From positions 4,128,001 to 4,192,000 of the forward strand of contig OY969695.1 in NCBI GenBank assembly GCA_963701965.1: DNA of 64,000 nt. Direction: 5' to 3'. This document shows positions 40,209-50,591 of the stretch, piece after piece. Source of the DNA: an uncultured Gemmatimonadales bacterium (GTDB taxonomy: Bacteria > Gemmatimonadota > Gemmatimonadetes > Gemmatimonadales > Gemmatimonadaceae). The notes beneath the pieces are model-generated. The model was not told where the DNA came from. It saw only the letters and a list, made by a program, of their open reading frames with translations, and did not search any database. The position numbers and the translations under genes are program-made. Position 1 is the stretch's first letter; each line of letters begins with the position of its first letter.

Positions 40209-40225
40209 ACAACCGAAAGAGTACC

Positions 40226-41212
40226 GTGGCGACAACGACGAATGGAAACGGCGCGCACTCGGGCACGCTCCTGATTCGACAGTTCCAATATCTCGTTGCG
40301 CTGGCCCGCGAACGGCACTTCGCGCGTGCCGCCGCGGCGTGCCACGTGACGCAGCCGACCTTGTCGAGCGGCATCAAACAACTCGAGGAAAGTCTCGGCG
40401 TGCTGGTCGTCGAGCGCGGCCAGCGCTTCCGCGGCCTCACGCCCGAAGGGGAGCGCGTGCTGGCGTGGGCGCGCCGCATTACCGCCGACGTCCAATCGCT
40501 GCGCCAGGACGTCGACGCCACGCGCGGCGAGCTGTCGGGCCGCCTGCGCGTCGGCGTCGTCCCCTCGGCGCTCTCCATGATCGCGTTGCTCACGGCGCCG
40601 TTCGCCGAGCGATATCCGGGAACGAGCATCGCCGTCACGTCGCTGACATCGCGCGCCATCGAGCGCGCGCTGGAGGAGTTCGAGATCGACGCCGGCGTCA
40701 CGTATCTCGACGAGGAGCCGTTCGGCCGCGTCGACATCGTGCCCCTGTACCGCGAGCGCTACGTGCTGGTCACGCCGGCGCGCTCACCGATCGGGCGTCA
40801 GTCGCGGGAGGCGGCAACATGGTGCGAGGCGGCGACGTTGCCGCTGTGCCTGCTCACGTCCGACATGCGGCATCGGCGCATCATCAATGGGCTCTTTCGC
40901 GAAGCGGGCGCCACGCCCGTGCCGCGCGTCGAGGCCGATTCCATGGAAGCCGTCTGCGCGCACGTCCGCCAAGGCGTGCTGTCGGCGGTGCTGCCGCAAG
41001 CCGCGCTCGCGGTGCTTGGCGACTTGCCGATCCTGCGCGTGCTCCCGCTGGAAGAACCCGTCGCCTCGCATGCCGTCGGTCTCGTCACGCTGGATCGTGA
41101 CCCGCCCACCCCGATCGCCGCCGCATTTCGCGCCATCGCCCGATCGGTCGACGTGGAGACGGCGCTGGAGCACCATGACGACCTGGCGCCACGCCTCCAT
41201 CGGACGGGCTAA
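40226..41212 (+). CDS. LysR-family transcriptional regulator
   Basis: HTH QYLVALARERHFARAAAACHVTQPTLSSGIKQLEE; substrate-binding domain follows; start approximate. Confidence 0.93.
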   Translation: MATTTNGNGAHSGTLLIRQFQYLVALARERHFARAAAACHVTQPTLSSGIKQLEESLGVLVVERGQRFRGLTPEGERVLAWARRITADVQSLRQDVDATRGELSGRLRVGVVPSALSMIALLTAPFAERYPGTSIAVTSLTSRAIERALEEFEIDAGVTYLDEEPFGRVDIVPLYRERYVLVTPARSPIGRQSREAATWCEAATLPLCLLTSDMRHRRIINGLFREAGATPVPRVEADSMEAVCAHVRQGVLSAVLPQAALAVLGDLPILRVLPLEEPVASHAVGLVTLDRDPPTPIAAAFRAIARSVDVETALEHHDDLAPRLHRTG

Positions 41213-41982
41213 ATCACGATACTCATGCAGGTGAGACCCGCTTCGGCCTTCTGTAGCTCCGCAATGTCGATCGACACGGTATCCAGTCCCGCCTGACGCA
41301 ACCGCGCCATGGTGCGCGGCGTGCTGGCGGGCACCAGCACCGTGCCGCCCAACGCCAGGACGTTCGCGCCCCAGGGCTCGTCGCGATCCACGGTGACGAT
41401 CCCGATCCCGGCGCCCGCGAATGTCTCGGGCGCGATCCAATCGGGATTGACGACGACCCGGCCGTCGCCGAGGGATCCCGCGGCGCTCTTGAGATGGAGA
41501 CAGCCGGTGATGGGCACGCCGAGCACCCGATAGCCGAGCGGTCCGAGTAAGGTCGCGAGTTGCTCGACCGCCGCGCGGTTGGTGCGCGCGGTCTGCCCGA
41601 CGTAGAGCGTGCGCCCGATGGGCAAGACGTCCCCGCCGTCCAGCGTCGCTGGCGCCGCGAGCGCGTGCACGGGACGGTACGCCCGCAGCACGTCGGCCAT
41701 CGGCGCGCTTTCGGCGCGCCGCGACGCCTCGGCCATGGACGCGACGATCGCCATCTCATCGAGGACGATCGCCGTGTCCTCGACGAACACGGCGTCGGGG
41801 AGATCATCGATCGCGTCGAGGACGACGACCGTGAGCCCGGCGGCGGCCAACGCCGTCCGATAGGCCGCGTGCTGCTGCCGGGCGCGCGCCAGATCGATCG
41901 GCGCGCGCTCCAGAAACGACAGAGCGCATCGCGGAAGCGATGCGCTCGGGAGCCGGGTGAGGGCCGTGGTCGCGGACGTCAC
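41209..41982 (-). CDS. Dimethylarginine dimethylaminohydrolase (amidinotransferase family)
   Basis: PDAVFVEDTA, LDGGDV, RTN, LHLKS, GLTCMS with catalytic Cys. Confidence 0.92.
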   Translation of the reverse strand: MTSATTALTRLPSASLPRCALSFLERAPIDLARARQQHAAYRTALAAAGLTVVVLDAIDDLPDAVFVEDTAIVLDEMAIVASMAEASRRAESAPMADVLRAYRPVHALAAPATLDGGDVLPIGRTLYVGQTARTNRAAVEQLATLLGPLGYRVLGVPITGCLHLKSAAGSLGDGRVVVNPDWIAPETFAGAGIGIVTVDRDEPWGANVLALGGTVLVPASTPRTMARLRQAGLDTVSIDIAELQKAEAGLTCMSIVI

Positions 41983-42585
41983 CTATTTCAAGTTGTATTT
42001 CACGCCGAATTGGAACGGAAAGTACCCCACGTCGCCCGCCGTGAACGCTTCGTGCCACCGCAGCTCGAAGAATCCGAGCACCGGCCCAATGGGATAGCGC
42101 AGGCCGCCGCCCAGGTTGATGCCGAGATTCGTGTCGCTGTCGCTGGCACACTCGACGCCGAGCGCGGAGCAATCCACGCTCACCGATACGTGGTAGATCC
42201 CGAGGCCGCCGAGGATGTACGGCTGCAGTTTCGACGTCCAATGCACGGGGATGTCGTACAGCGCATCGACGTCGAATCGCACAATGTCCGAGTTGCCATC
42301 GGTGTAACCAAAGTGACTCCACCCAATCTCGCCGCGCCAGGCCACTGGCAACGTGGATCGGGGATGCCACTCGACCGCGCCCATGAGATCGAGCCCCAAG
42401 CTCGCGTTGCCATAGGATGGCGCCGCAAAGCCTATGCTGCCGTCCAGTGCCCACTCGCTCGGTCCCGCGGCGGCCGGCGCGGCCGATTGCGCGGCCTTGC
42501 GCGTCTGCGCGAGAACGGGCGTCGTATACGCCAACGACGTGGCGGCAACGGTGAGCACAGCGGCCAACAAGGCATTTCTCTTCAT
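41983..42585 (-). CDS. Outer-membrane beta-barrel protein (OmpA/OmpW-like)
   Basis: Signal peptide; PYILGGLG, GINLGGGLRY, terminal FGVKY strand. Confidence 0.8.
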   Translation of the reverse strand: MKRNALLAAVLTVAATSLAYTTPVLAQTRKAAQSAAPAAAGPSEWALDGSIGFAAPSYGNASLGLDLMGAVEWHPRSTLPVAWRGEIGWSHFGYTDGNSDIVRFDVDALYDIPVHWTSKLQPYILGGLGIYHVSVSVDCSALGVECASDSDTNLGINLGGGLRYPIGPVLGFFELRWHEAFTAGDVGYFPFQFGVKYNLK

Positions 42586-42677
42586 CGAATTCGCTCCGGA
42601 GTCGGTGTAGATCCAGTAGTATGACGCGTAGGCCCCAAGTATAGACACACACCTCACCCGCATTGCATTATTGCCCT

Positions 42678-43442
42678 ATGCACGGTCGGCATGTTTGCGC
42701 GATGCTCGCGTTGTCGCTCGCTGCCACTACCGCGGCGCGGGCCCAGAGTGTTGGCGAATGGCCCCAACACTCAATGGAGCGCCCCAGGCCTCCGGTGGTC
42801 GATCCCGGGCCGGCGGCGAAACCGTTGCCACCGCCGTCCGACGCCATCGTGCTGTTCAACGGACACGATCTCGCGAATTGGCGGAACGCCGACAGTGCGA
42901 ACGTGCCCGCGCGTTGGAAGATCGGTCAGGGTTACTTCGAGGTGGCTCCCGGCACGGGAAACATCGCGACAAAACAGGTGTTCGGTGATTGCCAATTGCA
43001 CATCCAATGGGCAACACCCGCGCCACCGTCGGGCGAAGGACAAGAGCGGGGCAACAGTGGCGTGTTCATGGCGGGGAAATACGAGATTCAAGTCCTCGAC
43101 TCGTACGACAACCCGACATACGCCAATGGCCAAGCCGCCGCAATGTTCGGCCAGTATCCCCCGCTGGTCAACGCCAGCCGCCGGCCGGGAGAATGGCAGA
43201 CGTACGACGTGATCTGGCATGGCCCGCGGTTCGATTCCACCGGCGCGCTCATACGGCCCGCGCGCATCACCGTGTTTCATAACGGTGTGCTGGTGCAAGA
43301 CAACGTCGCGCTCACCGGTCCGACGGCGTTCCAGCGGCGCCCGCCCTACACGCGTGATCCCGAGCGCATGCCCATCGTGCTGCAGGATCACTCCTTCCCG
43401 GTGCGATTTCGGGACATCTGGGTCCGCGAGCTGAAAGAGTGA
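42678..43442 (+). CDS. DUF1080 (3-keto-disaccharide hydrolase family) exported protein
   Basis: Signal peptide; LFNG.DL..W, FGDCQLH, RGNSG, YEIQVLDS, GEWQTYD, LQDH, VRFRDIW. Confidence 0.9.
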   Translation: MHGRHVCAMLALSLAATTAARAQSVGEWPQHSMERPRPPVVDPGPAAKPLPPPSDAIVLFNGHDLANWRNADSANVPARWKIGQGYFEVAPGTGNIATKQVFGDCQLHIQWATPAPPSGEGQERGNSGVFMAGKYEIQVLDSYDNPTYANGQAAAMFGQYPPLVNASRRPGEWQTYDVIWHGPRFDSTGALIRPARITVFHNGVLVQDNVALTGPTAFQRRPPYTRDPERMPIVLQDHSFPVRFRDIWVRELKE

Positions 43443-45097
43443 ACGCCCGGTCCCGACCGACGTTCGACGTCGCCATCGTGGGCTCGGGCGCCGGGGGTGG
43501 GATGGCGGCGTACATGCTGACCAAGGCGGGCGCGCGGGTCGTGATGTTGGAAGCCGGCCGCGAGTGGAACGCGACGGTCAATGGCGCGATGCTGACCTGG
43601 CCGTACGCATCGCCCCGCCGCGGCGCGGCGACGCCGGCACGGCCGTTTGGCGAATTTGATGCCTGCATCGGGGGCTGGCACCTCGAGGGCGAGCCGTACA
43701 CCGCGGCGCCAGGCACGCACTTCGACTGGTGGCGGGCCCGCATGCTGGGCGGCCGGACAAACCACTGGGGTCGCATCTCCCTGCGCTTCGGACCCAATGA
43801 CTTCCGCCGCAAGAGTCTCAATGGATTGGGCGATGACTGGCCCATCGGGTACAATGACCTCAAGCCGTACTACGATCGGACCGACCAGTTGATCGGCGTG
43901 TTCGGCAGCCACGAAGGGCTGCCCAACGATCCCAATGGCGTCTTTCTTCCACCGCCGCGCCCGCGGTGCTGGGAGCTGGTGGTCAAACAGGCGTGCGACG
44001 CCACGGGCGTCCGCTGCATTCCGGCGCGCCTCTCCATCCTGACCCGCGCGCACAACGACCGCGCGGCATGTCACTATTGCGGTCAGTGCTCCCGGGGCTG
44101 CAAGACGAACTCGAACTTCTCGAGCCCGGGGGTGCTGATTGAGCCGGCGCGGCGGACGGGCCGCCTGACGCTCATCACCAATGCCATGGCGCGCGCGATC
44201 ACGACGGGCCCCTCGGGTCTGGCCAGTGGCGTCGCCTACATCGACAAGACCACGGGCGCCGATGAACACGTGCGCGCGCGCATCGTCGTACTGGCGGCCA
44301 GCGCGTGCGAGTCGGCCCGCTTGCTCCTCAACTCCGGCAACCTGGCCAACGCCAGCGGTGTGGTCGGCAAGTACCTCACCGACACGACCGGCACGTCCGT
44401 CGAGGGATTCATCCCGCGCCTCACCGACCACGTGCCGCACAACGAGGATGGCGTCGGCGGCGCACATCTCTACTCCCCGTGGTGGATCGACAACAAGACC
44501 GTCGACTTTCCCCGTGGCTACCACATCGAGTTGAGCGGCGGCCTCAACGTGCCCCAGTACGGCGACATGGACCATATCCAGGGGGGCTATGGGAAAGCGC
44601 TCAAGGATGAGTACCGCCGCCGCTACGGCGCGACCGTGGGGTTCTCGGGACGGGGCGAGATGATCCCCAACGAGCACTCGTACTGCGACATCGACCCGTC
44701 GGTCGTCGACCAATGGGGCATCCCCGTGCTGCGCTTCCACTGGCAGTGGAGCGACTACGAGCACCGCCAGGTGAAGCACATGCAGGAGACTTTTCGGATG
44801 ATCATCGACGCAATGGGCGGGCAAGCTTTGGGGCCCATGCCGTCCGCCGACAGCGGATACGGCATCGCGCCCGGTGGCCGCATCATCCACGAGCTCGGCA
44901 CCGTACGCATGGGCGACGATCCCTCCCGGTCGGCGCTCAACCAATGGTGCCAGGCGCACGATGTGAAGAATTTGTTCGTCGCCGACGGAGGGCCGTTCGT
45001 GTCGCAAGCCGACAAGAACCCGACCTGGACGATCCTCGCGCTGGCAATGCGGACGAGCGAGTACATCGCCACCCAACGCCAGGCGGGTGTGCTGTGA
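43439..45097 (+). CDS. GMC-family FAD oxidoreductase
   Basis: IVGSGAGGG, LGGRTNHWG, CHYCGQC...C cluster, IIHELGTVRMG, NPTWTILALA. Confidence 0.92.
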   Translation: MNARSRPTFDVAIVGSGAGGGMAAYMLTKAGARVVMLEAGREWNATVNGAMLTWPYASPRRGAATPARPFGEFDACIGGWHLEGEPYTAAPGTHFDWWRARMLGGRTNHWGRISLRFGPNDFRRKSLNGLGDDWPIGYNDLKPYYDRTDQLIGVFGSHEGLPNDPNGVFLPPPRPRCWELVVKQACDATGVRCIPARLSILTRAHNDRAACHYCGQCSRGCKTNSNFSSPGVLIEPARRTGRLTLITNAMARAITTGPSGLASGVAYIDKTTGADEHVRARIVVLAASACESARLLLNSGNLANASGVVGKYLTDTTGTSVEGFIPRLTDHVPHNEDGVGGAHLYSPWWIDNKTVDFPRGYHIELSGGLNVPQYGDMDHIQGGYGKALKDEYRRRYGATVGFSGRGEMIPNEHSYCDIDPSVVDQWGIPVLRFHWQWSDYEHRQVKHMQETFRMIIDAMGGQALGPMPSADSGYGIAPGGRIIHELGTVRMGDDPSRSALNQWCQAHDVKNLFVADGGPFVSQADKNPTWTILALAMRTSEYIATQRQAGVL

Positions 45098-45651
45098 CGA
45101 TCACGCGCCGTGAGGCGCTCGAGCTGATGGCTTTGGCGCCGTTGGCCATCGCGTCCTCCGCGCCGGGCGCGCCTGCCGAGAGCCCGGCGCCGCAGGCGCC
45201 ACGGTTCTTTACCGCGCACGAGTGGCGCACCGTGCGCGTGCTGGCCAATGACGTGATGCCCCGGGACGAGCGATCGGGCAGCGCCACGGAGGCGGGCGTG
45301 CCCGAGTTCATGGACTTCATCCTCTTGGACCAGCCCGACCTTCAGTTACCAATGCGCGGCGGCCTGGCCTGGCTCGATGCCCACGCCGATCGGCGGTTCG
45401 GCGCGGCGTTCGCCGACGGCACGGCCGCGCAGCGCGCCAGTGTCCTCGACGAGATCGCCTGGCCCACCCGCGCCCGGCCGGATGTCAGCCATGGCGTCGC
45501 GTTTTTCTCGATGTTCCGCGACCTCACGGCGTCGGGATTTTGGACGAGCCGCATTGGCGTGACGGACTTGCGGTATTGGGGGAACACGGTGGTCCATCAG
45601 TGGGACGGTTGTCCGCCGGAGGCGTTGGCCAAGCTGGGGGTCTCGTACTGA
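45094..45651 (+). CDS. Gluconate 2-dehydrogenase subunit 3-family protein (Tat escort)
   Basis: Tat-like TRREAL; FFTAHE, SATEAGVPEFMD, GGLAWLD, GFWTS; GTGA overlap with GMC. Confidence 0.88.
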   Translation: MTITRREALELMALAPLAIASSAPGAPAESPAPQAPRFFTAHEWRTVRVLANDVMPRDERSGSATEAGVPEFMDFILLDQPDLQLPMRGGLAWLDAHADRRFGAAFADGTAAQRASVLDEIAWPTRARPDVSHGVAFFSMFRDLTASGFWTSRIGVTDLRYWGNTVVHQWDGCPPEALAKLGVSY

Positions 45652-46901
45652 TGTCGGCCACCCGTCTCGGCATCGGCATCGTCGGCAGCGGATTCAACGC
45701 GCGATTTCATCTCCAGGCATTCACCGCGGTGCGCGACGCCGACGTCCTCGGCGTCTGGAGTCCGAATCCGGCGCACGCCGCGGACGCGGCGGCGCGCGCA
45801 CGCCAACTGGACGTCGGTGACGCCAAGCCCTATCCGTCGATCGCCGCAATGGTCGCCGATCCGGCGATCGTTGCGCTGTGGATCGCGGGCCCAAATCACA
45901 CGCGAGTCGCGAACTTCGAGGAGATCGCCGCCGCGATCGAGAGCGGCGCGGGTCGCCTCATCGGCGTGGCCTGTGAGAAGCCGCTGGCCCGCAACGTGGC
46001 CGAGGCCAACGCGATCCGCGCGTTGGTCGACCGCGTGGGCTTGGCGCACGCCTACCTGGAGAATCAAGTCTTCGCCCCCCAGGTCGAACACGGACGCGCC
46101 ATCATCTGGGCCCGCGGCGCGCAGGCGACGGGCCGTCCCTACCTGGCCCGCGCCGCCGAGGAGCACGCGGGACCGCACATGCCGTGGTTCTGGCAGGGGC
46201 GGCTCCAGGGTGGCGGGGTCCTCAACGACATAATGTGTCACTCGGCGTTGCTCGTCCGCCACTTGCTCACCGAGCCGGGCGCGCGGCACGGGACGGTACG
46301 GCCCGTGCGCGTGACCGGACACATCGCGAGCCTCAAGTGGTCGCAGCCGGAGTACGCCGCGAAACTATCGGAGACCATGGGTCCGGCCGTCGACTATACG
46401 GCGCACCCGGCCGAGGATTTCGCGAGCCTCATGATCGAGTTCGAGACGCCCGGAGGCCGCCGCGTCATCGGCGAAGCGACGACGTCGTGGAGCTTCGTGG
46501 GCGCTGGTCTTCGCCTGTCGGCCGAGCTCCTGGGGCCTGAGTATTCAATGTCGTGGAACACGCTCGATAGCGGTCTTTCTCTCTTTTTCAGCCGCGAGGT
46601 CCGGCCCCGCGCCGGCGCCGAGGATCTCGTCGAGAAGCAGCAAGCCGAATTGGGGCTCATGCCGGTCGTCGCCAACGAGGCCGCGGCCTATGGCTACGAG
46701 GCCGAGGATCGGAGCGTCGTACGCGCGTTTCTGCGGGGCGAGACACCGGCCTACACGTTCGACGACGGCGTCGACGTCGCAAAGATCCTGATGGCGGGGT
46801 ACATGAGCGCCGAGCAAGGGCGCACGATCGCGTTCCCGCCCGAGGGACTGGAGACCTTTGTGCCGCGAGTGGCCGCGGGGACGTGGCGAGGCGAGCCATG
46901 A
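45651..46901 (+). CDS. Gfo/Idh/MocA-family oxidoreductase
   Basis: GIVGSGF, CEKPLA, GGGVLNDIMCH. Confidence 0.9.
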   Translation: MSATRLGIGIVGSGFNARFHLQAFTAVRDADVLGVWSPNPAHAADAAARARQLDVGDAKPYPSIAAMVADPAIVALWIAGPNHTRVANFEEIAAAIESGAGRLIGVACEKPLARNVAEANAIRALVDRVGLAHAYLENQVFAPQVEHGRAIIWARGAQATGRPYLARAAEEHAGPHMPWFWQGRLQGGGVLNDIMCHSALLVRHLLTEPGARHGTVRPVRVTGHIASLKWSQPEYAAKLSETMGPAVDYTAHPAEDFASLMIEFETPGGRRVIGEATTSWSFVGAGLRLSAELLGPEYSMSWNTLDSGLSLFFSREVRPRAGAEDLVEKQQAELGLMPVVANEAAAYGYEAEDRSVVRAFLRGETPAYTFDDGVDVAKILMAGYMSAEQGRTIAFPPEGLETFVPRVAAGTWRGEP

Positions 46902-47866
46902 CCACTCCTCTCGTCGTGCTGCGCGAGGCCGACGTGCGCGCGCTGCTCGATCCCCAATCCTGCATCGACGTCGTCGCCGACGCATTCACGGCGTACGCGA
47001 GCGGCGGCGCCGAGCTGCCGGGCGTCATTCACCTCAATGTGCCCGAGCACGCCGGGGAGATCCACATCAAGGCCGGACACCTGCACGGCAGCCCCTGGTA
47101 CGCCTGCAAGTTCGCGTCGGGCTTCGCCGGCACGAACGACGGAGTGGTGCTGGCGTTTGACGCGCGCACGGGCGCGCCGGCGGCGATCCTGTTCGATCGC
47201 GGGTACATCACCGACCTGCGCACGGCCGCCGCGGGTGCCGTCGCCGCCCGGCATCTGGCGCGCGAGCGCGTCCACACCGTCGCCGTGTTGGGCACAGGCA
47301 TCCAGGCCCGCCTGCAGCCCCAACTCCTGGCCCGCGTCCGCAGCTTCGCACGCGTGCGCGTCTGGGGCCGGCGGCGCGACGCGGTCGACCGCTGCGTCGA
47401 CGATCTCCGCGCGGTGCTCCCCGTCGACGTCGTGGCCGCGGACACCGTCGCATCGGCGCTCGCCGACGCCGACATCGTGGTGGCGGTGACCGCGAGCCGC
47501 GCGCCGTTCGTGAGAGCGTCGTGGCTTGCCGCCGGCGCGCTGGTGATCGCCGCCGGGTCCGATGGCCCTGACAAGCAGGAGCTCGACGTCGACGTCCTGG
47601 CCAGCGCCGATCGGGTCGTCGCCGATTCGCTGGCCCAGTGCCGCCGGCTGGGCGAGATTCACCACGCGATCGACGCCGGCGTGCTGAGCGACGACCGGGT
47701 GACCGAGCTCGGTCAGATCACGGCGGGACGCGCGCCGGGCCGCCGGACGCCGGACGAGATGATCGTGTGCGATCTCACCGGCATCGGCGTACAGGATGTC
47801 GCGGCGGCCAACGCCGTCGTCGCCCGGGCGCTGGCCTCGGGCGCCGGGGAACGCTGGACGCTGTAG
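46898..47866 (+). CDS. Ornithine cyclodeaminase/mu-crystallin family protein
   Basis: TDLRTAAAGAVA, GTGIQA, GSD..KQEL, ELGQI, DLTGIGVQD. Confidence 0.9.
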   Translation: MTTPLVVLREADVRALLDPQSCIDVVADAFTAYASGGAELPGVIHLNVPEHAGEIHIKAGHLHGSPWYACKFASGFAGTNDGVVLAFDARTGAPAAILFDRGYITDLRTAAAGAVAARHLARERVHTVAVLGTGIQARLQPQLLARVRSFARVRVWGRRRDAVDRCVDDLRAVLPVDVVAADTVASALADADIVVAVTASRAPFVRASWLAAGALVIAAGSDGPDKQELDVDVLASADRVVADSLAQCRRLGEIHHAIDAGVLSDDRVTELGQITAGRAPGRRTPDEMIVCDLTGIGVQDVAAANAVVARALASGAGERWTL

Positions 47867-47878
47867 CGGGACATTCGG

Positions 47879-48305
47879 CTACTGGACGATGACCGTTCCG
47901 GTCATCCCCATCGCTTGGTGCGGCAGGCAGTAGTACTTGTACGGGCCGGGTTTCGCGTCCTTGAACGGAGATGACGTACGCGTCGTTCGGATTCGTCATC
48001 AGCGGTCCAGTCAGCTTGGCCTGCTGGCGTGGCATGTCCTGATCGAGCGCCGTCGCCGCGCCGTCCGGGATATCGTTCGGATCGAACGTCACGTTATGCG
48101 GGCCACCGGAGACCATCACGAACTTGACCGGCTGGCCGCTCTTGATGGTGACGACGGCGGGCTGGAATTTGTAGCCTGATGTGCTGCCAACCATTTGGAC
48201 GGTGACGGTATCGGCAGCGGTCGCCAGCGGGGCGGCCTCAACAGCCGGCGTCGGTGCGCGATGGGCGCCCAACAGCCCCAGCGCCATGATGGGAATAAGT
48301 CTCAT
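47879..48305 (-). pseudogene. Plastocyanin/azurin-type blue copper protein with a +1 frameshift near 47967
   Basis: N-part GGPHNV; after removing one base the frame continues FKDAKPGPYKYYCLPHQAMGMTGTVIVQ* (C-x2-H-x4-M); may be a sequencing error. Confidence 0.85.
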
Positions 48306-48389
48306 GTATTGTAGGATGGCGACCGCCGCACCCCTCGCGCCACGGGCCAACGTAACGTACGATAGATGGTCACGAATCGGAGGAGTGGA

Positions 48390-48731
48390 ATGGGCACAAC
48401 AGGGCGGTTCGGTAGCGCGGTGGTGACGCTCGGCATCGTTGCCCTGGCGACGGCGTGCTCGAGCAGCGGCGACAAGCAGTTATCGAACGGGCGGCTCGGG
48501 TTGAAGGGCACCATTCATTCTGTGCAGGCCAGTGACGGCAGTCAGTGCTGGCAGCTCGTGTCCTCGTCGGGGAAGCAGTACGAACTGCAGCCCGCGCAGG
48601 CGCCCGCGTCGCTGTTGGTCGACGGCGCGCAGGCCGATATCGTCGCGAAGCCGCGCAGTGGCGGAAGCTTCTGCAAGGTCGGGCAGATCATCGACGTGCT
48701 GAGCGATACGGCGGCGAACGCCAAAAGCTGA
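48390..48731 (+). CDS. Small hypothetical lipoprotein
   Basis: GGAGGAG RBS; lipobox LATAC; two further Cys. Confidence 0.7.
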   Translation: MGTTGRFGSAVVTLGIVALATACSSSGDKQLSNGRLGLKGTIHSVQASDGSQCWQLVSSSGKQYELQPAQAPASLLVDGAQADIVAKPRSGGSFCKVGQIIDVLSDTAANAKS

Positions 48732-48810
48732 GCTCGGCTGGCGCGCGCTGTCCGGCGGGACGGCGCGCCGCCGCGCCTGTTACGTCGGGGAGTCTGATAT
48801 AGTTTGAGCG

Positions 48811-49692
48811 GTGCCAATCCGCCTGCTGGCCGTCGTGTGCCTGATCGTGAACGGGATTCTGCTCCGGGCCGCTGCCGGGCAGCCTCCGCCGTGCATTCTG
48901 CCCGCCAATAGCCACGAAGCGCGCCTGCTGGCCTTTTATAGCGCCCCGCTGGCCTTCTCGCCCGCGACAGCGCCCGAGCTTCATGCTCCGTTCTCCGTCC
49001 GCGTTGGGGTCGAGGTCGCTCCGCTCCCGTCACCGGACACCGCCCTTCAGCATACCGGAGTCTGCTATCTCGCGAAAAGCGAGCACACTCAGCTCGCGTC
49101 GATATTCCCGCGGCCCCGGGTCACCGTCTGGCTCCCGTTGGGCTTTGAGGTCGAAGCGAGCTACGATCCGCCTGTTCCGATCGACGAGGCCAAGGTCGAC
49201 ATCGGGAGCCTGGCCGTGTCGAACACGCGACACCTGGTGACCCTGCCCGGCGCCGATCTCCTATTGATGATCCGCGCGCACGGCACCCTGGGGCAGATTC
49301 GCGGGCCCATCACGTGTCCGCGCTCGGCCTTGCAACTGCGGGACTCCACGGCCGCCTGCTACGGCACGCAGCCATCCGACGACACCTTCAATCCCGACAT
49401 GTTCGGCGTCGAATCCGCGGTCGGCGCCACCGCCCTCGGCGGACGCCTCGAAGCCTACGTCGGCGGCGGGATCTCTTGGCTTCGGCCGCGGTTCAATGTT
49501 GGTTTTCACGACCTGTCGCAAGACTACTCCTACTACGGCACCCACCTGATCGTGAATCTCACGCGCGGCACGGTATTCGGCGGACTCACCCTGCGGGTCA
49601 CCCCCGCGATCGACGTTTCGTCGCAGGTCTACGCGGTGCCTTCTGACGCCACCACGTTTCGCTTCGGCCTCGGCTATCGCTTCGGTCCGTGA
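48811..49692 (+). CDS. Exported hypothetical protein, probable beta-barrel
   Basis: Signal peptide; beta-strand pattern, C-terminal FRFGLGYRF; GTGA overlap with next gene. Confidence 0.65.
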   Translation: MPIRLLAVVCLIVNGILLRAAAGQPPPCILPANSHEARLLAFYSAPLAFSPATAPELHAPFSVRVGVEVAPLPSPDTALQHTGVCYLAKSEHTQLASIFPRPRVTVWLPLGFEVEASYDPPVPIDEAKVDIGSLAVSNTRHLVTLPGADLLLMIRAHGTLGQIRGPITCPRSALQLRDSTAACYGTQPSDDTFNPDMFGVESAVGATALGGRLEAYVGGGISWLRPRFNVGFHDLSQDYSYYGTHLIVNLTRGTVFGGLTLRVTPAIDVSSQVYAVPSDATTFRFGLGYRFGP

Positions 49693-50591
49693 GTCGACTG
49701 TCTCTCGTCGCCGCCGCGATGATGCTCGTCGCCTGCGGCCCGACGCACCGCGCCGGCGAAAAGCGCGTTGGCGTGACGCTGCTCACCCGCGAGCACCAGT
49801 TCTACCAACAGCTGGAGCTGGGCCTCCGGGAATCCGCCGCGCGCCACGGCTACGCCGTGCTGGTGACGTCGGGCGATTTCGACCTCGCCAAGCAGCAGTC
49901 GGAGATCGACAACTTCATCGTGCAGCGCGTCAATGCGATCGTGGTCTGTGCCGTCGACTCGAAGGGCATCGCCCCGGCGATCGCCCGGGCCCAGGCGGCG
50001 GGCATTCCCGTGTTCTCCGCCGACATCCGGGCGTTCGGCGCGCATGTGATCGCGCACGTGGCGTCCGACAGCTACGAGGGCGGCCGGCTGGCGGCCGGGT
50101 TCATGGCCCGGACGCTGCACGACTCGGGCACCGTCGCCGTCATCGGGCAACCCGAGCTGCAGACCGGCGCCGACCGCGCCCGCGGGTTCACGGACGCCAT
50201 GGCGGCCGCGCATCCCCGGATCACCGTCGTGAGCGTACTGTCCGCGGGCGGCGTCCGCGACCGCGCGCTCAAGGTCGCCGATGATCTCCTCCAGGCGCAT
50301 CCCGCGCTCGACGGCGTCTTCGCCATCAACGACGAAACGGCGTTGGGCGCCCTCGCCGCGGCCACGGCGCACGGCAAGACGGCGGCGAATTTCACCATCG
50401 TCGGATACGACGCCAGCCCCGAAGCCGTCCGCGCGATCCACGGCAATTCGCCGCTCAAGGCCGACATCGCCCAGCAGCCGCGACGCATCGGCTCCGAGAC
50501 GATCGACGCCATCGCCGCGTATTTCGCGCGCCAAACTCCCGACTCGGTCATCGCCGTTCCGACCAGCGTAGTCGACGCCTCGACGCCGTGA
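49689..50591 (+). CDS. Sugar ABC transporter substrate-binding lipoprotein (RbsB-like)
   Basis: Lipobox LVAC; VASDSYEGG, FAINDETALG, IVGYD, QQP. Confidence 0.9.
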   Translation: MSRLSLVAAAMMLVACGPTHRAGEKRVGVTLLTREHQFYQQLELGLRESAARHGYAVLVTSGDFDLAKQQSEIDNFIVQRVNAIVVCAVDSKGIAPAIARAQAAGIPVFSADIRAFGAHVIAHVASDSYEGGRLAAGFMARTLHDSGTVAVIGQPELQTGADRARGFTDAMAAAHPRITVVSVLSAGGVRDRALKVADDLLQAHPALDGVFAINDETALGALAAATAHGKTAANFTIVGYDASPEAVRAIHGNSPLKADIAQQPRRIGSETIDAIAAYFARQTPDSVIAVPTSVVDASTP

